From contig NIVC01002727.1 in assembly GCA_002269645.1 (NCBI GenBank), positions 1 through 64,000 of the forward strand: DNA of 64,000 nt, given 5' to 3'. The notes beneath the pieces are model-generated. The model was not told the DNA's origin. It made no database searches and worked only from the letters and a program-made list of their open reading frames with translations. The DNA comes from Macrostomum lignano (Eukaryota). Positions within the stretch are counted from its first letter, which is position 1, and the number at the start of each line of letters is the position of its first letter. The position numbers were made by a program, and so were the translations under genes. Shown piece after piece: positions 59,920-64,000 of this stretch.

Positions 59920-62506
59920 ATGTCGGCCGCGGGCAGAGGCCGGCCGGGCGAGTTCCGCACCGAGGCGCCCATCGGCTGCCTGTTCAACTGCAGCCAGACT
60001 GCCGACATCCGCCTGCTGCTCGGCGACCGGACTCTGCACGCGCACAAGCTGGTGCTGTCGGCCGCCAGCCCCGTGTTCCGGGCCATGCTGACCGGCGACT
60101 GGCTGGAGTCCGGCTCCGGCTGCGTGCGACTCGACCTGGCCGACGATCAGCTGGGCTGCTTCGCCGACGTGCTGCGCTTCATGTACACCGGCCGGGTGAT
60201 CCTGGACTCCGCGGAGAGGCTGCTCGAGGTGCACCGGCTGGCCGACAAGTACGCGGTGAGCAGCTGCGATTTCCTTGTGTCAGCTTACAGCCCAGGTGTC
60301 TCAACCTGCAGTCCCAGGTGTCTCAATCTCCAGTCCAGGTGTCTCAATCTGCCCCAGGAGTCTTAACCTGCAGTCCAAGGGTCTCAATCTGCAGCCCAGG
60401 TACATCTAACCTGCAGTCCAGGTGTCTCAACCTGCAGTCCAAGGGTCTCAATCTGCAGCCCAGGTACATCTAACCTGCAGTCCTGGTGTCTCAGCCTGCA
60501 GTCCAGGTGTCTCAAACTGCAGTCCAGGTGTCTCAAACTGCAGCCCAAGTATTTCAATGTTACAAACCCAGGTGTCTCATAGCTACAACCCAGGTGTCTC
60601 ATAGCTACAACCCTGGTGTCTCCTAGGTACAACCCGGGTGTCTCATAGCTACCACCCAGGTGTCCTATAGCTACAACCCAGGTGTCTTATAGCTACAACC
60701 CAGGTGTCCCCAACCTCGCCCGCAGGTGTCCAGTCTGCTGCAGCTGTGCGGCAGCCGCATCTCGGAGCTGCTGCGCATCGGCCAGACGGCCGGCCCGGAG
60801 TCGCCGCTGGCCACCCGCGGCGAGTTCTCGCCAGCTCAGCTGTGCCACCTGGCCTGCCTCCCCGAGCCCAGGATCAGCCGGCTCGCCCGCTTCAACCTCC
60901 TGGTTGACATCGGCGACGACCTTCGCCGAGGCCGCACCGCCGCCGCCTTCCTGCCGGTGCCCGCCGAGCTGCCCGACCTGCTGGAGCGCCTGCTGGCCGA
61001 CGACAATCTGGACGCCCCGGAGGTGAACATCTTCGACGGCCTGGCCGCTTGGCTGCTCCGCCGGCGGCCGCGGCTGGACCGGCCGAGCCTCCTGCGGCTG
61101 TTGAGCTGCGTCCGCTTCCCCCTGATGCCCGCCGGCCAGCTGCTCCTCTGCGAGCGGCGGCTGCGGCGCGAACTCCTGCCGCTGATCGGCCCGCTGCCGC
61201 AGACGCCGCTGCCGGGGACTAAAAGGTAGCTTTGGTAGGGGAGGGTATGAAGAGAGTGTGGGGAGGGTATGAAGAGAGTGTGGGGAGGGTATGAAGAGAG
61301 TGTGGGGAGGGTATGAAGAGAGTGTGGGGAGGGTATGAAGAGAGTGTGGGGAGGGTATGAAGAGAGTGTGGGGAGGGTATGAAGAGAGTGTGGGGAGGGT
61401 ATGAAGAGAGTGTGGGGAGGGTATGAAGAGAGTGTGGGGAGGGTATGAAGAGAGTGTGGGGAGGGTATGAAGAGAGTGTGGGGAGGGTATGAAGAGAGTG
61501 TGGGGAGGGTATGAAGAGATTGTGGGGAGGGTATGAAGAGAGTGTGGGGAGGGTATGGAGAGAGTGTGGGGAGGGTATGAAGAGAGTGTGGGGAGGGTAT
61601 GAAGAGAGTGTGGGGAGGGTATGAAGAGAGTGTGGGGAGGGTATGAAGAGAGTGTGGGGAGGGTATGAAGAGAGTGTGGGGAGGGTATGAAGAGAGTGTG
61701 GGGAGGGTATGAAGAGAGTGTGGGGAGGGTATGGAGAGAGTGTGGGGAGGGTATGAAGAGAGTGTGGGGAGGGTATGAAGAGAGTGTGGGGAGGGTATGA
61801 AGAGAGTGTGGGGAGGGTATGAAGAGAGTGTGGGGAGGGTATGAAGAGAGTGTGGGGAGGGTATGAAGAGAGTGTGGGGAGGGTATGAAAAGTGTAGGGA
61901 GGGTATGAAGAGGGTATTAGGGGGTATGGGTAGGGTATAAAGAGTGTGGAGAGGGTATAAAGAGAGTGTGAAGAAATTAAGGAAAGGTTATGAAAAAGGT
62001 AAGGAGAGGGTGAGACGAGGGTAGGGAGTGAAGGTGAACAAAGGCGGCTGTAGCAGAGGAGAGAGTGGAGACGGATTGGGTTCAGAGAGGGCAGTCAGGG
62101 GGGGAGTCAGGCACAGCAACTGCGATAGCCGCAAGCTCAGTCGGCACACGGTCTGAAACTCCTTCGTGCTTTCCAATTTTCTAGCTCGGACGACGCGGCC
62201 GAGCCCGCTGGTGACGTCATCGCAGCGGAGGTCTCCGAGGAGGAGTTGGACGCGGACTCCGCAGAGGCGGAGGGCTCGAACTCAGCCGATCTGTACCGCC
62301 TGCTGGGCCCGGCCTGGCGCCACCTCGCTCTGCTCTCCGCCTCTGCCAACCAATCGACTTCATTGTCGTCTCCGGCATTTCGTCGACGACATCCGTACGA
62401 CATCCTGGAGTCTACGGTGCGGCCGCTGCGGGTGCTGCTAACGCCGTGTAGCCCGCCGGATGTTGGCGGCGGCAGCGGCGGAGGCAGCGGAAACGCAACT
62501 GTGTAA
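59920..62506 (+). CDS. BTB/POZ-BACK domain protein; exons 59920-60255, 60726-61225 and 62185-62506, about 385 aa
   Basis: BTB: ADIRLLLGDRTLHAHKLVLSAASPVFRAML...LRFMYTG...LADKY. BACK: LLADDNL...EVNIF...W...LLSCVRFPLM. Junctions are GT-AG and phase-compatible. Confidence 0.85.
60290..60712. repeat. BTB gene intron 1: 21/22-bp minisatellites
   Basis: CCAGGTGTCTCAACCTGCAGT, then CCAGGTGTCTCATAGCTACAAC. Confidence 0.85.
61238..61890. repeat. BTB gene intron 2: 22-bp G-rich minisatellite, about 29 copies
   Basis: Unit GGGGAGGGTATGAAGAGAGTGT; contains no C on the sense strand. Confidence 0.95.
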
Positions 62507-62744
62507 CACGAGCTGTACCGTATCACTGATGCGCATTTTTACACTCACTGTACATGTGTGCCTCTGTGAAGCTTTCATAACTGCATGCTCGTGTTATTAC
62601 CTACTGTAGTTAGTAGTTGTTTTTTATTGCGTTTAAATAGACTAAACTGCTCATTAAGTATTTATTTTAATTCAGTGATAACTTAAATATCAGTCTGAAT
62701 TGTCTTTGTTGAACATTTAGTTGAGTCTTTCGATAAGCTGGAGA

Positions 62745-63597
62745 CATGCAGAGTGTTGCTCTTCCATTGTGCCAGAGTGGCGCTCTTCCATTGTGCCAGA
62801 GTGTTGCTCTTCCATTGTGCCAGAGTGGCGCTCTTCCATTGTGCCAGAGTGGCGCTCTTCCATTGTGCCAGAGTGTTGCTCTTCCATTGTGCCAGAGTGG
62901 CGCCCCCTGTGCTAGAGTGACGCTCTTCCCTTGTTTAGAGAGTGACTTGCAAAATGTTGCGCTAATCTGACTTGGCGCCATTCTGACTTGGCGTTATTCA
63001 GAGTGGGCGCCATTCTGACTTGGCGCTATTCTGACTTGGCACCATTCTGACTGGGCGCCATTCTGACTGGGCGTCATTCTGACTGGGCGCCATTCTGACT
63101 GGGCGCCATTCTGACTTGGCGCCATTCATAGTGGGCGCCATTCTGACTTGGCGTTATTCAGAGTGGGCGCCATTCTGACTTGGCGCTATTCTGACTTGGC
63201 ACCATTCTGACTGGGCGCCATTCTGACTGGGCGTCATTCTGACTGGGCGCCATTCTGACTGGGCGCCATTCTGACTTGGCGCCATTCATAGTGGGCGCCA
63301 TTCTGACTTGGCGTTATTCAGAGTGGGCGCCATTCTGACTTGGCGCCATTCATAGTGGGCGCCATTCTGACTTGGCGCCATTCATAGTGGGCGCCATTCT
63401 GACTTGGCGCCATTAATAGTGGGCGCCATTCTGACTTGGCGCTATTCTGACTTGGCACCATTCTGACTGGGCGCCATTCTGACTGGGCGTCATTCTGACT
63501 GGGCGCCATTCTGACTGGGCGTCATTCTGACTGGGCGCCATTCTGACTGGGCGCCATTCTGACTAGGCGTCATTCTGACTCGGCGCCATTCTGACTG
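62745..63597. repeat. Two adjacent arrays: 24-bp (62745-62905) and 16/17-bp (62965-63597)
   Basis: CTCTTCCATTGTGCCAGAGTGGCG; ATTCTGACT(T)GGGCGCC. The second array shows a higher-order ~166-bp duplication. Confidence 0.9.
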
Positions 63598-64000
63598 AGA
63601 GAAATTGACAGAAATCGCTGAGCCCCCTTACCGCGGACAAAGACGCTGTCATTTTCTGCAAATTAATCATTCGCAACATATCGCAGCAGTCGGCAGTCTC
63701 AGCTGCAAGATTATCGACAGATGTTGCACTAAACTGCATTACTCAGCCGTCCGATTTGCTAAAAGCTTAGCCTAGCGCGACAAAGACCCTCCGATATCCC
63801 AGTCTGTGTTCAAGCGGCAACAGCAGCGCCGCACGTGCCGCCGCTCCCAGACAACAAAGACTGCATGAACCGATTTGCGCGGACATGACCAACTGTATTG
63901 ACTATAAACTGTGATCTGCACTAGCCAGCAGCTTGAATTTGCCGCGAAATACTCAAGCAGTTGCGTCCCGACACCCCAGGGGGTCGCACGCGGGACCAAC

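Overview
Eukaryotic (animal) genomic DNA with spliced, GC-rich exons and many intronic minisatellites. The style resembles a free-living flatworm such as Macrostomum, but this is inference only. No rRNA, tRNA or CRISPR array was seen. Host genes: a two-exon CRAL-TRIO-like protein with a polyQ tract, an intronless rhodopsin-class GPCR, a small single-pass membrane ORF, a two-exon C2H2-like zinc-finger protein, a seven-exon IQANK1-like gene, an unidentified two-exon gene and a three-exon BTB-BACK gene. Mobile DNA: two copies of a CAAGG-terminated MITE, a 3.7-kb Mutator-like element with a 9-bp TSD, a decayed LINE reverse transcriptase and a small hAT-like MITE. The standout is a 6.74-kb DNA transposon at 12931-19671. 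Its inverted arms are built from 161-bp tandem units (10 full units left, 6 right), each carrying a four-tract G-quadruplex motif. It sits between AAA and TTT with no target-site duplication. It encodes one intact ~978-aa ORF that fuses a PIF/Harbinger/ISL2EU-type DDE transposase to a complete USP-family (peptidase C19) deubiquitinase-like domain. Domain calls come from motif recognition by eye, not database searches. Repeat boundaries and copy numbers are approximate.
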